DNA of 64,000 nucleotides from Rhodobacteraceae bacterium PARR1 (GTDB taxonomy: Bacteria > Pseudomonadota > Alphaproteobacteria > Rhodobacterales > Rhodobacteraceae), in contig NKIT01000001.1 of NCBI GenBank assembly GCA_002256185.1, forward strand, positions 16,207 through 80,206, given 5' to 3'. The translations under genes and the position numbers were made by a program. The notes under the pieces were generated by a model, which saw nothing but the letters and a program-made list of their open reading frames with translations, did not search any database and was not told the origin of the DNA. The number at the start of each line of letters is the position of its first letter. Within the stretch, counting starts at the first letter, position 1. Positions 9,560 through 19,387 of the stretch are shown here, in pieces.

Positions 9560-10778
9560 TCTGCGCCCCCAGAACCCGTCGGTAAAGGGCTCCAATCTGA
9601 TCAGCTTGGGATTGCCAGTTGTATGTGCGTTCTGCTGCGCGCCGCCCATTCTGCCCCAACTCTCTTGCGAGACTGGAATCTGCCAAGACTCGGTTTAAGG
9701 ATGACGCCATGGTCGCTGCGGTTTCGTCTGCAAGAATAACGGCACATTCTGTTTCTCGCACGATGGCTGCCATAGCGGGGATATCGTGGCAGACGAACGG
9801 CCGACCAGCCATCATCGCTTCAAACAACTTATTCGGTAATGAGTTATAGGCTTCGGAAACATAGCGATTGGGGATGATCGTCATAGTCGCAGCCATCAGC
9901 ATCTTGGGAACATCATCCAAAGGGACAAATCCCCCGAGGTGCACGCGCGCTTTGGACTTGAGTGCAGAGATCTGCTCACTCAAGACTGCCTTCACTTGAT
10001 CATGGCCCGGCCCCATCAACACGACATGCGCCTCAAGCACCAAGTCGTCGATCACCGGGATCAGTTGGTCCAGCCCTCGATCCGGATTGAGCGACCCCAG
10101 ATAGAGCAGGACAGGAGCTGCTTGAGGAATGTCAAATGCACGGCGAAGCGCATCGGTTTCCTCCATCGCATGCAGTCTGGGGCAATTGAGCACGGGCACG
10201 ATGCTGGTCTCGTTGACGCCGCTGTCTGCTGCAACTCGTGCCGCAAACGATGGAGCTGCGGCGATCACACCATGCGCCGTCTGTGGTAAATGCCGTTCGA
10301 AAAAGGCGATCACCGGGCGAAGGCGTGCAAGGATTGATCCCTTGATCTGGATGTCTGACATGATGTCGTGGCAGTCAAACACGACCTTGCCGCGCCAGAC
10401 CCAAGCGGGCAGCCGTGCCAAGGCCAAGGCGTCAATGTCGTGGCAATGGTACAAGTCGGCCCTGACCCGAAACACCGCGATCATGATCTTTAGATAGGAC
10501 CAAATCGCCCAGATCACAGCAATCAATGTCGATAGCACTGGCAGGGAAACACCCCGTGCGCGCCCGGGCAAGTGGACGGGACGAAAGGCGAAGTCTGCAC
10601 CGCCAAACTCTGCGTCCAGATTATCGGCTTGCCCATAAAGGGCGTCCTCAGGGCGTGCGGTAGCAATCATCGTGACGCGATAGCCAAGGTCAAGGACGGA
10701 CCGGGCTTCTTTACGTACGCGGCGATCATGGATGAAATCCGTGGTCACAACCATGCAGACATGAATTTTGTCTTTCAT
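9552..10778 (-). CDS. Glycosyltransferase family 4
   Basis: DRRVRKEA, YHCHD, FDCHD, YLGSL..DRGL, LPNKLFEAMMAGRP. Confidence 0.88.
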   Translation of the reverse strand: MKDKIHVCMVVTTDFIHDRRVRKEARSVLDLGYRVTMIATARPEDALYGQADNLDAEFGGADFAFRPVHLPGRARGVSLPVLSTLIAVIWAIWSYLKIMIAVFRVRADLYHCHDIDALALARLPAWVWRGKVVFDCHDIMSDIQIKGSILARLRPVIAFFERHLPQTAHGVIAAAPSFAARVAADSGVNETSIVPVLNCPRLHAMEETDALRRAFDIPQAAPVLLYLGSLNPDRGLDQLIPVIDDLVLEAHVVLMGPGHDQVKAVLSEQISALKSKARVHLGGFVPLDDVPKMLMAATMTIIPNRYVSEAYNSLPNKLFEAMMAGRPFVCHDIPAMAAIVRETECAVILADETAATMASSLNRVLADSSLARELGQNGRRAAERTYNWQSQADQIGALYRRVLGAQSG

Positions 10779-10855
10779 GGATCAAACCCATCTTTCGCAA
10801 GCACATTGCACTCTAAATCTGAACATGACGACGCCAACGTGCTGCATCCACCAAT

Positions 10856-12133
10856 TCAATAATGTGACGCTTTGGACCAGACGCCGCGCGTGTCGACGAC
10901 GATGCCCCTGGGCAAGGCGGTCCCGCGGAATGCCGTGTGATCGACCAGCATCACATGGATATCAGCCGATGCAGCATCCGGTGCGATCAGAGTGGCTTTT
11001 TCCAACCCGCGAGGAAGCGTATCAATGTTTGGCTCAATGATCTTGATCGGCCCCGTATGCCGTGATGCGAGCAGTCTGGCAATTGCTAAGGCGGGACTCT
11101 CGCGCAAGTCGTCAATGTCGGGTTTGAAGGCAAGACCGTAGAGTGCGAGCACGACGTCGCTTGCCGTCTTGTCCGGCCTCGCTGTCAGATGAGACCCGAT
11201 TGCGGCAAGGACTTTCTCGATCACCCAAGTGGTCTTGCTGTCGTTGACCTCACGGGCCGTACGGATCAGTCTGGCCTGCTCTGGTGCGGACGAAACGATG
11301 AACCAAGGGTCAACAGCGATGCAATGTCCACCGACGCCGGGGCCGGGTTGAAGGATATTCACCCTCGGATGGCGGTTTGCCAGCGCAATGAGTTCCCAGA
11401 CATTGATGCCAAGACGGTCCGATACCAAGGATAATTCATTGGCAAAGGCGATGTTCACATCGCGAAAACTGTTCTCTGTCAGTTTCGCCATCTCTGCCAC
11501 TCGCGGACCGCTGGCGATCACGCACGCACCCGTGACGAAGGTCTTGTAAAGAGCGGCAGCGCGGGCAGAGCAGGCTGGTGTCATGCCACCAATCACTCTG
11601 TCATTGGTTATGAGTTCCTGCATCACTTTTCCGGGCAACACGCGTTCGGGGCAATGAGCAACGCGAATGTCAGACGCCTCGCCTGCGTGCTGAGGAAAGG
11701 TCAGGTCCGGCCGTTCTTCGGCCAGAATATCGGCCATCGCCTCGGTCGCGCCCAAAGGAGACGTACTTTCAAGGATCACAAGATTGCCCGGCCGCAAAAC
11801 CGGCGCAATAGACCGCGCTGCCGCCACGACGTAGCTGAGATCAGGGTCGTGGTTGTCACCCTTGAACGGCGTAGGTACTGCAATCAGGTAGGCATCTGCG
11901 GGCTCAGGTACGGTTGTCGCGCGCAGATATCCCTCGGTTACAACCGCGCGGACCAATATGTCCAAGTCCGGCTCAATGATATGCACCTCACCGCGATTGA
12001 TGGTGTCAACGACGGCCTTAAACACATCCACACCGACAACTTCGACCTTCCGAGAGGCAAACATCGCGGCGGTTGGCAACCCGATATAGCCAAGACCGAT
12101 GACGGAAATTCGTTCAAAAGGTTTTTTCGTCAT
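10856..12133 (-). CDS. wecC: UDP-N-acetyl-D-mannosamine dehydrogenase
   Basis: GLGYIGLPTAAMFASR, HCPERVLPG, KLTENSFRDVNIAFANELS, PGPGVGGHCIAVDPWF, FKPDIDDLRESP; ATG at 12133 (alternative 12151). Confidence 0.94.
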   Translation of the reverse strand: MTKKPFERISVIGLGYIGLPTAAMFASRKVEVVGVDVFKAVVDTINRGEVHIIEPDLDILVRAVVTEGYLRATTVPEPADAYLIAVPTPFKGDNHDPDLSYVVAAARSIAPVLRPGNLVILESTSPLGATEAMADILAEERPDLTFPQHAGEASDIRVAHCPERVLPGKVMQELITNDRVIGGMTPACSARAAALYKTFVTGACVIASGPRVAEMAKLTENSFRDVNIAFANELSLVSDRLGINVWELIALANRHPRVNILQPGPGVGGHCIAVDPWFIVSSAPEQARLIRTAREVNDSKTTWVIEKVLAAIGSHLTARPDKTASDVVLALYGLAFKPDIDDLRESPALAIARLLASRHTGPIKIIEPNIDTLPRGLEKATLIAPDAASADIHVMLVDHTAFRGTALPRGIVVDTRGVWSKASHY

Positions 12134-12138
12134 AACCC

Positions 12139-13272
12139 TTATACCCTGCAAATACCAAAAAAATTCAAGATCGCCTCACTGATCCGCTGAGAGGCAAATC
12201 CGTCGCCATAAGGGTTGTGTGCCCGCGACATCGCCTCATAGGCGACTTGATCGTCCAAAAGCAAAGTTGTTTCCCGAACGATAAGGTCAACATCCGTGCC
12301 CACCAGTTTAACCGTGCCCGCATCCACCGCCTCAGGTCGTTCTGTCGTGTCGCGCATCACCAGCACGGGCTTACCGATCGATGGCGCTTCTTCCTGAACG
12401 CCACCCGAGTCGGTCAGGATGATCTCTGCACGGCGCATCAGATGGATGAACGGTAAATAATCCTGCGGCGCGATCAGTTTCACGCGATCCAGTGCCCCAA
12501 GACTGGATTCGACCGGGCCTTTGACGTTCGGGTTCAGGTGAACTGGATAGATGATCTGAACATCTTCGCGCCTTGAAATGATTTCAAGCGCTGCACAAAT
12601 CCGTTCGAAGCCACCACCGAAGCTTTCCCGCCGATGCCCTGTCACTAAAATGAGGCGTTTGGACGGGTCGATCCCGAACTCTGCATCCATATCTGCACTG
12701 CGCTGCGGGTCGTTCTCCAACCGTTCCACAACGTCGAGGAGGGCGTCGATGACCGTATTCCCAGTGATCGAAATCCGCTCGGCGGGAACACCCTCAGCCC
12801 GAAGGTTCTGGGCCGCTTTTTCCGTGGGCGCAAAGTGCAATTGTGCGATGGCACCGGTGACTTTTCGATTTATCTCTTCGGGCCACGGCGAATAGATGTT
12901 GCCAGTCCGCAATCCGGCTTCGACATGGCCGACAGGGATCTGTCGATAATAGGCTGCCAAAGAGGCTGAAAGTGTCGTCGTCGTATCGCCATGCACCAAA
13001 AGCAAGTCCGGCGAGAAATCCTCGAGTACTGGCTTCAGCCCTGCAAGCACGGCGGAAGTAATCTCGGTAAGCCCCTGACCAGGTTTCATAACGTTCAGGT
13101 CGTAGTCAGGTTTGATTGCAAACAGGCGCATAACCTGATCCAACATCTCGCGGTGCTGACCAGTAACGGCCACCCGCACATCGAGGCCAGGCGTCTTCTT
13201 GAGGACTGCACTGACCGGAGCCATCTTGATGGCTTCCGGCCGCGTCCCAAACACCAACAACACCTTCTTCAT
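12139..13272 (-). CDS. wecB: UDP-N-acetylglucosamine 2-epimerase (non-hydrolysing)
   Basis: [58 protein letters not shown]. Confidence 0.96.
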   Translation of the reverse strand: MKKVLLVFGTRPEAIKMAPVSAVLKKTPGLDVRVAVTGQHREMLDQVMRLFAIKPDYDLNVMKPGQGLTEITSAVLAGLKPVLEDFSPDLLLVHGDTTTTLSASLAAYYRQIPVGHVEAGLRTGNIYSPWPEEINRKVTGAIAQLHFAPTEKAAQNLRAEGVPAERISITGNTVIDALLDVVERLENDPQRSADMDAEFGIDPSKRLILVTGHRRESFGGGFERICAALEIISRREDVQIIYPVHLNPNVKGPVESSLGALDRVKLIAPQDYLPFIHLMRRAEIILTDSGGVQEEAPSIGKPVLVMRDTTERPEAVDAGTVKLVGTDVDLIVRETTLLLDDQVAYEAMSRAHNPYGDGFASQRISEAILNFFGICRV

Positions 13273-13381
13273 AGAAACCTCAGTTTATCAAATCTATCAA
13301 CGCGGCGAGACTGAAAGCCCACACTGACGGAACGTCTTAAATCCCAGCTCAAAAAAAATCGCAAACATCCCACGCGAACAG

Positions 13382-13741
13382 TCACGACCGTTTTTTAGCC
13401 GTGGTTTCATGCAAACCGACGTGGATCGCTGCAATTTCCGCCTTGATGGCCTCGCAATCTTCCATCTTGCGGTCCAAAAACGCACGCGTCAGCCCCGCCT
13501 TGCGGACTAGACCACCGGGCGTCAGCAGGTAAGCGGAGAGACGCTTTTCCGCCGCAGCGGTAGAGAGTCCCAACTTCACCAACCATTTTTCGACCAAAGC
13601 GCTTAGCACGTAATTTATCCCGCCGACACTCATACCGACTGCCTCTGTCAACACATGCAGAGACATTTCCGAATCCTCTTTTGGTAGGCGAAGTACACGA
13701 AAATGCGTGCCTTCCTGACACTTCCTGCGCTTGCTGGTCAC
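13382..13741 (-). CDS. EPS-associated MarR-family transcriptional regulator, degenerate (possible pseudogene)
   Basis: THFRVLRL...AVGMSVGGINYVLSALVEK.LVKLG...AYLLTP.G...LTRAFL.RKM resembles the EPS-associated MarR family; several normally conserved positions look substituted; GTG start at 13741. Confidence 0.7.
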   Translation of the reverse strand: MTSKRRKCQEGTHFRVLRLPKEDSEMSLHVLTEAVGMSVGGINYVLSALVEKWLVKLGLSTAAAEKRLSAYLLTPGGLVRKAGLTRAFLDRKMEDCEAIKAEIAAIHVGLHETTAKKRS

Positions 13742-13924
13742 CTCTGAAGTCCCTAGCCTACCGAACAAAGATAGGCAAAAATCATCCCAATGTTAGTAGA
13801 AATGATAAAAAGTTTCCAGTCTTTTTCACTTTCGAACGGTAGCAAGTGCTGATTGCGGCAGCAAGAGGGCAAATGCAGGCTAAGCTTTGCTCTTTGTTGC
13901 CTGTGGCTGGAACAAAGGCCCCTT

Positions 13925-15877
13925 TCACACCGCCCAACCCGCCTTCAACCCCTCAAACACCGCCTCTTCCGCCGTGCGGGGGGCGAGGCAATCGCCCGCC
14001 ATCCTTACCGGAATGCCCATCGCGCTGATGACTTGGGACAACTCATCCCGTGGGGTATGCCCAAGGGCGAGGATGACGGTCTGCACACCCTCCACCTCAA
14101 CGGCCTCACCGCTGGCGGTGTGTTGCAGGAAGACGGTGTCGCCCGCCGTGCCGTAAAGCCGCATGTAGGGGCGGACGGTGATGCCTGCGCTGTGCATCTC
14201 TGCCGCCAGCGTGTCGCGGACGTAGAGGGGCAGGACCTCTCCGGCATGGGTGCCTGCGACGGCGAGGGTCACGCGGTGGCCGTCGCGTGCCAGACGCAAG
14301 GCCACGCCGGGGCCGATCCAGTCGCAGCGCCAATCGGCCACCACCACATGCGCGCCGGGTTTGACCTGACCTTGCAGCAGGTCCCATGCGGTGGCGATCT
14401 GCATCTCGCCATCCGTGGGCAGGTCCGGCACGCGGGGCACCGCGCCAGTGGCAAGGATCACGGCGTCAGGCTTTTCCTGTGCGATCAGGTCCGCCGTCAC
14501 CGTCACCTCGCGCCAGACCCGCACCTGCGCGCGTTCGAGTTCACGTGTCAGGTTGGTGACGATGCCGCCAAACTCTGCCCGCCCCGGCAGCAGTTGCGCC
14601 AAAAGCGCCTGCCCGCCCAACTGCGGGCTTGCGTCCCATAGCGTCACCTCATGCCCGCGTTTGGCGGCGGTGATGGCGGCTTTCATCCCGGCGGGACCGC
14701 CGCCGATGACCATTACGCGCTTTGTTTGAGGCGCAGGGGTGACAGAGCCATAAACCAGTTCCCGCCCGGTTTCCGGGTGTTGGATGCAAGAGACCGGCAA
14801 ACCCCGATGGAAATGCCCGATGCAGGCCTGATTGCAGCCGATGCAGGCGCGGATGTCATCCACCGCACCTGCCTGCGCTTTCAAGGCCATCTCTGGGTCG
14901 GCAATCATCGCGCGGGTCATGCCGCAGACATCGGCGCGACCGGCGGTCAGGATCGCCTCGGCCTCTTGCGGTTGATTGATGCGGCCTGCGACGAAGACGG
15001 GGAGTGATAGCGCCCGTTTGAATGTCCCGGCATCGGGCGCAACATAGCCGGGCGCAAATGCCATCGGCGGCGCAATATGCACCGCGCCCCCCACCGTGGC
15101 CGATGTGCCGGTGGTGAGGTGGAGGTAATCCATCAACGGCTCTATCGCGCGGCAGGCGGTCAGGGCCTCTGCCAGCGTCAGCCCGTCCTCATCGCGTTCC
15201 CCAGCACTCAGGCGCAGGCCGATGACGAAGTTTTCATCGGTGGCCAAGCGACAGGCGGTCAGCACCTCGGACAGGAACCTTTGACGGCGGGTGTCATCGC
15301 CGCCCCACCCATCGCTCCGCAGGTTGACACGCGGGTTCAGAAATTGCGCGGGCAGGTAGCCGTGGCTCGCCACCACCTCAATCCCGTCCAACCCCGCCTG
15401 CCACATCCGGCGGGCGGCGGCGGCGTAACCAGCGATGATCTCAAGGATCAACGCCTCAGGCAAAGCGCGGGGCATGACGTGGAAGCGTTCATTGGGCACG
15501 CTTGAGGGCGCATAGGCCACTGCCAGCAAACCATCGGCGCTTTCCATGATCTCGCGCCCCGGATGGAAAAGCTGGGAGAACACGGCGCAACCCTCGGCAT
15601 GGATCGCCTCGGCAAGCGCGCGATAGCCCGGAATGCAGCCATCATCGGTGGCCATCAAGAGATGCGAGGTGTAGCGCGCGGTGTCATGCACCCCCGCCAC
15701 CTGCGTGACGATCAGCCCGGCCCCGCCCTTTGCCCGCGCGCGGTGATATTCGATCAGCGCCGCGTTCACCGTGCCATCGGTGGGCAATACGGTGTCGTGC
15801 CCGGTGGACATGATCCGGTTGCGCAGGGTCACACCCCGGATGGTCAGCGGCGAGAAAAGCTTGGGGAACATCGTCAT
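13925..15877 (-). CDS. NADH:flavin oxidoreductase (Old Yellow Enzyme TIM barrel + 4Fe-4S + FAD/NAD-binding domain)
   Basis: TLRNRIMST, HGYLPAQFL, CIGCNQAC cluster motif, IGGGPAGMKAA; ATG 15877 with AAGGA RBS. Confidence 0.88.
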   Translation of the reverse strand: MTMFPKLFSPLTIRGVTLRNRIMSTGHDTVLPTDGTVNAALIEYHRARAKGGAGLIVTQVAGVHDTARYTSHLLMATDDGCIPGYRALAEAIHAEGCAVFSQLFHPGREIMESADGLLAVAYAPSSVPNERFHVMPRALPEALILEIIAGYAAAARRMWQAGLDGIEVVASHGYLPAQFLNPRVNLRSDGWGGDDTRRQRFLSEVLTACRLATDENFVIGLRLSAGERDEDGLTLAEALTACRAIEPLMDYLHLTTGTSATVGGAVHIAPPMAFAPGYVAPDAGTFKRALSLPVFVAGRINQPQEAEAILTAGRADVCGMTRAMIADPEMALKAQAGAVDDIRACIGCNQACIGHFHRGLPVSCIQHPETGRELVYGSVTPAPQTKRVMVIGGGPAGMKAAITAAKRGHEVTLWDASPQLGGQALLAQLLPGRAEFGGIVTNLTRELERAQVRVWREVTVTADLIAQEKPDAVILATGAVPRVPDLPTDGEMQIATAWDLLQGQVKPGAHVVVADWRCDWIGPGVALRLARDGHRVTLAVAGTHAGEVLPLYVRDTLAAEMHSAGITVRPYMRLYGTAGDTVFLQHTASGEAVEVEGVQTVILALGHTPRDELSQVISAMGIPVRMAGDCLAPRTAEEAVFEGLKAGWAV

Positions 15878-15950
15878 GGTCGTCCTTCGGGCAGCGGAAT
15901 CGGGGATCCCTGCCGCGACGATTGCCCATAACCCCAGCAAGATGAAGCGC

Positions 15951-15984
15951 AAAGCAAAAGGCCCGGTCTTTCGACCGGGCCTTT
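15951..15984 (-). terminator. Rho-independent terminator of ahcY
   Basis: Minus strand AAAGGCCCGGTC-GAAA-GACCGGGCCTTT then TGCTTT, about 20 nt after the ahcY stop. Confidence 0.85.
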
Positions 15985-16004
15985 GAACCATCCCGCGACC
16001 GGGA

Positions 16005-17405
16005 TCAGTAGCGATAATGTTCCGACTTGAACGGACCTTCGACCTTGACGCCGATGTAATCGGCTTGGTCGCGGCGCAGTTCGGTCAGTTTCACGCCGAT
16101 CTTTTTCAGATGCAGGCGGGCCACTTTCTCATCCAGCGACTTCGGCAGGATATAAACACCGGGAGCGTATTCCGCGCCCTTGGTCCACAACTCGATCTGC
16201 GCCAGCACCTGGTTGGTGAACGAGGCCGACATCACGAAAGACGGGTGCCCCGTGGCGTTGCCAAGGTTCAACAGGCGGCCTTCGGACAGCAGGATGATGC
16301 GATTGCCATTCGGCATCTCGATCATGTCCACCTGTTCCTTGATGTTGGTCCACTTGTGGTTCTTCAGCGCAGCAACTTGGATTTCGTTATCGAAGTGGCC
16401 GATGTTGCCGACGATGGCCATATCCTTCATCTCGCGCACATGCTCGATGCGGATGACGTCCTTGTTGCCGGTGGTGGTGATGAAGATGTCGGCAGAGGAA
16501 ACCACGTCCTCCAGCAGCACTACCTCAAACCCGTCCATCGCGGCTTGCAGCGCGCAGATCGGGTCCACTTCAGTCACTTTGACGCGGGCACCCGCGCCTT
16601 GGAGCGAGGCGGCAGAGCCTTTGCCCACGTCGCCATAACCGCAAACCACGGCAACCTTGCCCGCCATCATGGTGTCGGTGGCGCGGCGGATGCCGTCAAC
16701 CAGCGATTCCTTGCAGCCGTATTTGTTGTCAAACTTCGACTTGGTGACGGAATCATTCACGTTGATCGCCGGGAAGGGCAGTTGGCCCTTCTTGTGCAAC
16801 TCATACAGGCGATGCACGCCCGTCGTGGTTTCTTCCGACACGCCCTTGATTGCAGCGCGCTGCTTGGTGAACCAACCGGGGCTGGCGGCCAGACGCTTCT
16901 TGATCTGGTTGAACAGGCACACTTCTTCGTCCGAGGTCGGAACGGCGATCAGGTCGGTCTCACCCGCCTCAACCCGCGCGCCCATCAGGATGTAAAGCGT
17001 GGCATCCCCGCCATCATCGAGGATCATGTTGCAGGTGCCGCCTTCGCCGCCGAACTGGAAGATCTTGTCGGTATAATCCCAATATTCCTCAAGGGTTTCG
17101 CCCTTGATCGCGAACACCGGCGTGCCCGATGCCGCAATCGCCGCCGCCGCGTGATCCTGCGTCGAGAAGATGTTGCACGAGGCCCAGCGGACATCCGCGC
17201 CCAAGGCGACCAGCGTCTCGATCAGCACGCCGGTTTGAATGGTCATGTGCAGCGAGCCGGAAATCCGCGCGCCCTTCAGCGGTTTCGAGGCACCAAACTC
17301 TTCGCGGCAGGCCATCAGACCCGGCATCTCAGTCTCGGCGATGGTCAGTTCCTTGCGGCCAAATTCCGCAAGCGCGATGTCTTTCACAATGTAATCATTC
17401 GGCAT
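16005..17405 (-). CDS. ahcY: Adenosylhomocysteinase (SAH hydrolase)
   Basis: [61 protein letters not shown]-terminal HYRY. Confidence 0.98.
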   Translation of the reverse strand: MPNDYIVKDIALAEFGRKELTIAETEMPGLMACREEFGASKPLKGARISGSLHMTIQTGVLIETLVALGADVRWASCNIFSTQDHAAAAIAASGTPVFAIKGETLEEYWDYTDKIFQFGGEGGTCNMILDDGGDATLYILMGARVEAGETDLIAVPTSDEEVCLFNQIKKRLAASPGWFTKQRAAIKGVSEETTTGVHRLYELHKKGQLPFPAINVNDSVTKSKFDNKYGCKESLVDGIRRATDTMMAGKVAVVCGYGDVGKGSAASLQGAGARVKVTEVDPICALQAAMDGFEVVLLEDVVSSADIFITTTGNKDVIRIEHVREMKDMAIVGNIGHFDNEIQVAALKNHKWTNIKEQVDMIEMPNGNRIILLSEGRLLNLGNATGHPSFVMSASFTNQVLAQIELWTKGAEYAPGVYILPKSLDEKVARLHLKKIGVKLTELRRDQADYIGVKVEGPFKSEHYRY

Positions 17406-18139
17406 GTGCCGCTACTCCGTTATGTCTACTTTGGCTGAGCGAATATCACTGCAAGGTCAGTCCGGCAATCTGATTTGCCGAAGCATAATCCCCGATATGA
17501 GTGGTCAGTGAAAACGGCTCCAGTCGGTGGCGTCAAGTGGGGATGTCCGACCGCGACATTGCGATGCAGGACAGCCTCAAAGGCCGACCCAAGGGTGGAC
17601 GGACCAAATCGTGCCGGGGGCATGGGGCAGAGGCGCACAACCTCACCTCTGCAAGATCAAGCCTGCCGCCCTTTCCCACAACATCCTTTCGGCGTGATGG
17701 ATCCCATGCCGCCGTGTGCCACAAGAAAGATTGCCCGGTCGTCGCGCACGCGACTCAATGACACGGGCCCGCGCGCATGCACCAGACCGCAACGGCCCTG
17801 TCGCCCCTTCGCTTCTGACGTCAGGCTGTGACAGGCGGTTCATCTCATCTGCACCGATGAACCGCCCGCACTTCGCCTGCGCTGCGCCTTTCAGTCAGCC
17901 ACACGCATTCGGTGATCGGTTTTCTGGACTGGCCCCAAACGCACCGCGCCAGATGGAAACCGAGGAACGGTGCCATCCCCACCTGATGTCTTGTCATCGT
18001 CCGTCCAGTTGCCCACACTCTGACAAACATCCGATGCCGCGCGTGGCGATACACGCTTGATCTGCTGGGCTCGACGGGTGATCTTGCCCCCCGACGACGG
18101 GCCACTTGGGGAGGGTCAGTTTGCATCGAGAGAAGAGAT

Positions 18140-19387
18140 ATGAGTGTACGCATCGCAGTCTTGCTCGGGGTTAAGGTTGCGATTTGCCTTGCTTATCTGA
18201 GTAACGTTGTTTCAATAGCAGGTATTGCACCACTTTTCGTATTTGCGCCTTTTTTGCTAGCGCTGGCTGTCATTCAGTTGATTGTGGATCCACCTACTGG
18301 TGCGGTGCCAGCGACTTCTCAATTCATTAAACTTGTTTTGCTGGGCATGATTCTTTCGGCTTTGCTGACACCGGTTTTCTTTGGACTTGATGGCAACCGC
18401 CCTCGCGCAGTTCTCTTTGCAACTTTGTTGTTTTCGATCGTTCTTATCCTCGGACGGACCGTTCAGACCCTTGACGATATGCGTGGCATGCTGAACTTGA
18501 TCCGCCGGATGACCATAGTTCTTGTGGCAATCGGGACAGTCGAAATTTTCACGGGATGGCACCTGCCAAACTCACGCCACTTTGATTTGACGTTCTTTTA
18601 CACAAGTCCGTACATCCCGACAGGAACAGTTTACAATGAAAACCAGTTTGCATCGCTCGTTTTGTTGGGCATTCCATTGTTCTTATCCTCCGTTTTTGGA
18701 ACAGGCAGCGTTTTTAACCGCTTAGCGTATGTTTTTGTACTTCTGGTCTCAATCTTTACAATCACCCAGACAGATAGCCGTTTGAATTTGATTGGTTTGA
18801 TGCTGGTTGTGACGTCATTTCTTGCGCTGTCAGGTTTCAAACGCTCGGCTGGTGGGTTGGTCCTTGCGATATTCTTGGTGTTCCTGTTAATCGCACTCCA
18901 ACCCGAATTGGTCACGTCAGTTTTCGACGAAATATCAAGCCAGCTCAGCACATTGTCGCTGGACACATTCGTGAAAACCGATGACAAAGAGGTGGTGCGT
19001 CTCAACCTTTTGATTATGGCCCTTGACGTGATTGCCGAATACCCAATCTTTGGATATGGCGCAGGCGGCGCAGAGGTGTATTGCGAAGCCGGAAACTACT
19101 TTACCTACGGCGTCTGTGCCCCACACAATTGGCCGCTGGAATTGGCTAGCAGCTTTGGGTTGCCGCTGGCTATACTCCATATCTGTTCCGTCATCGGACT
19201 GTTTGTTGCCTTGCTTCGCATCAAGGCCGACCCGCAGCTCCGTGCCACGATGGTCGCCTTGTTTTCCACGACAGTCACTGCAAACTTTACAGCAAGTTCG
19301 ATCCTTCTGCTTACGCCCGTTTGGGTCGTGTTCGGGCTTCTCGTGGCATATGTGAACTTTATGTATCGAACCGAAGGTAAGTCATAA
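18140..19387 (+). CDS. O-antigen ligase/polymerase-like (Wzy_C) membrane protein
   Basis: About 11-12 hydrophobic segments; YNENQFA, TDSR, VRL...PIFGYGAG and PHNWPLELASSFG periplasmic-loop motifs; AT-rich. Confidence 0.78.
   Translation: MSVRIAVLLGVKVAICLAYLSNVVSIAGIAPLFVFAPFLLALAVIQLIVDPPTGAVPATSQFIKLVLLGMILSALLTPVFFGLDGNRPRAVLFATLLFSIVLILGRTVQTLDDMRGMLNLIRRMTIVLVAIGTVEIFTGWHLPNSRHFDLTFFYTSPYIPTGTVYNENQFASLVLLGIPLFLSSVFGTGSVFNRLAYVFVLLVSIFTITQTDSRLNLIGLMLVVTSFLALSGFKRSAGGLVLAIFLVFLLIALQPELVTSVFDEISSQLSTLSLDTFVKTDDKEVVRLNLLIMALDVIAEYPIFGYGAGGAEVYCEAGNYFTYGVCAPHNWPLELASSFGLPLAILHICSVIGLFVALLRIKADPQLRATMVALFSTTVTANFTASSILLLTPVWVVFGLLVAYVNFMYRTEGKS

Noticed and set aside
9560..9649. 98-bp overlap between the two GT4 genes
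   Set aside because: Disappears if the downstream gene starts at GTG 9559, leaving an ordinary 8-bp overlap
16017..17438. 473-aa plus-strand ORF
   Set aside because: Antisense shadow of ahcY caused by strong codon bias; no recognisable motifs
17406..17700. SAH or SAM riboswitch upstream of ahcY
   Set aside because: Hairpins are present but I could not match the conserved SAH-riboswitch core by eye; an Rfam scan is needed
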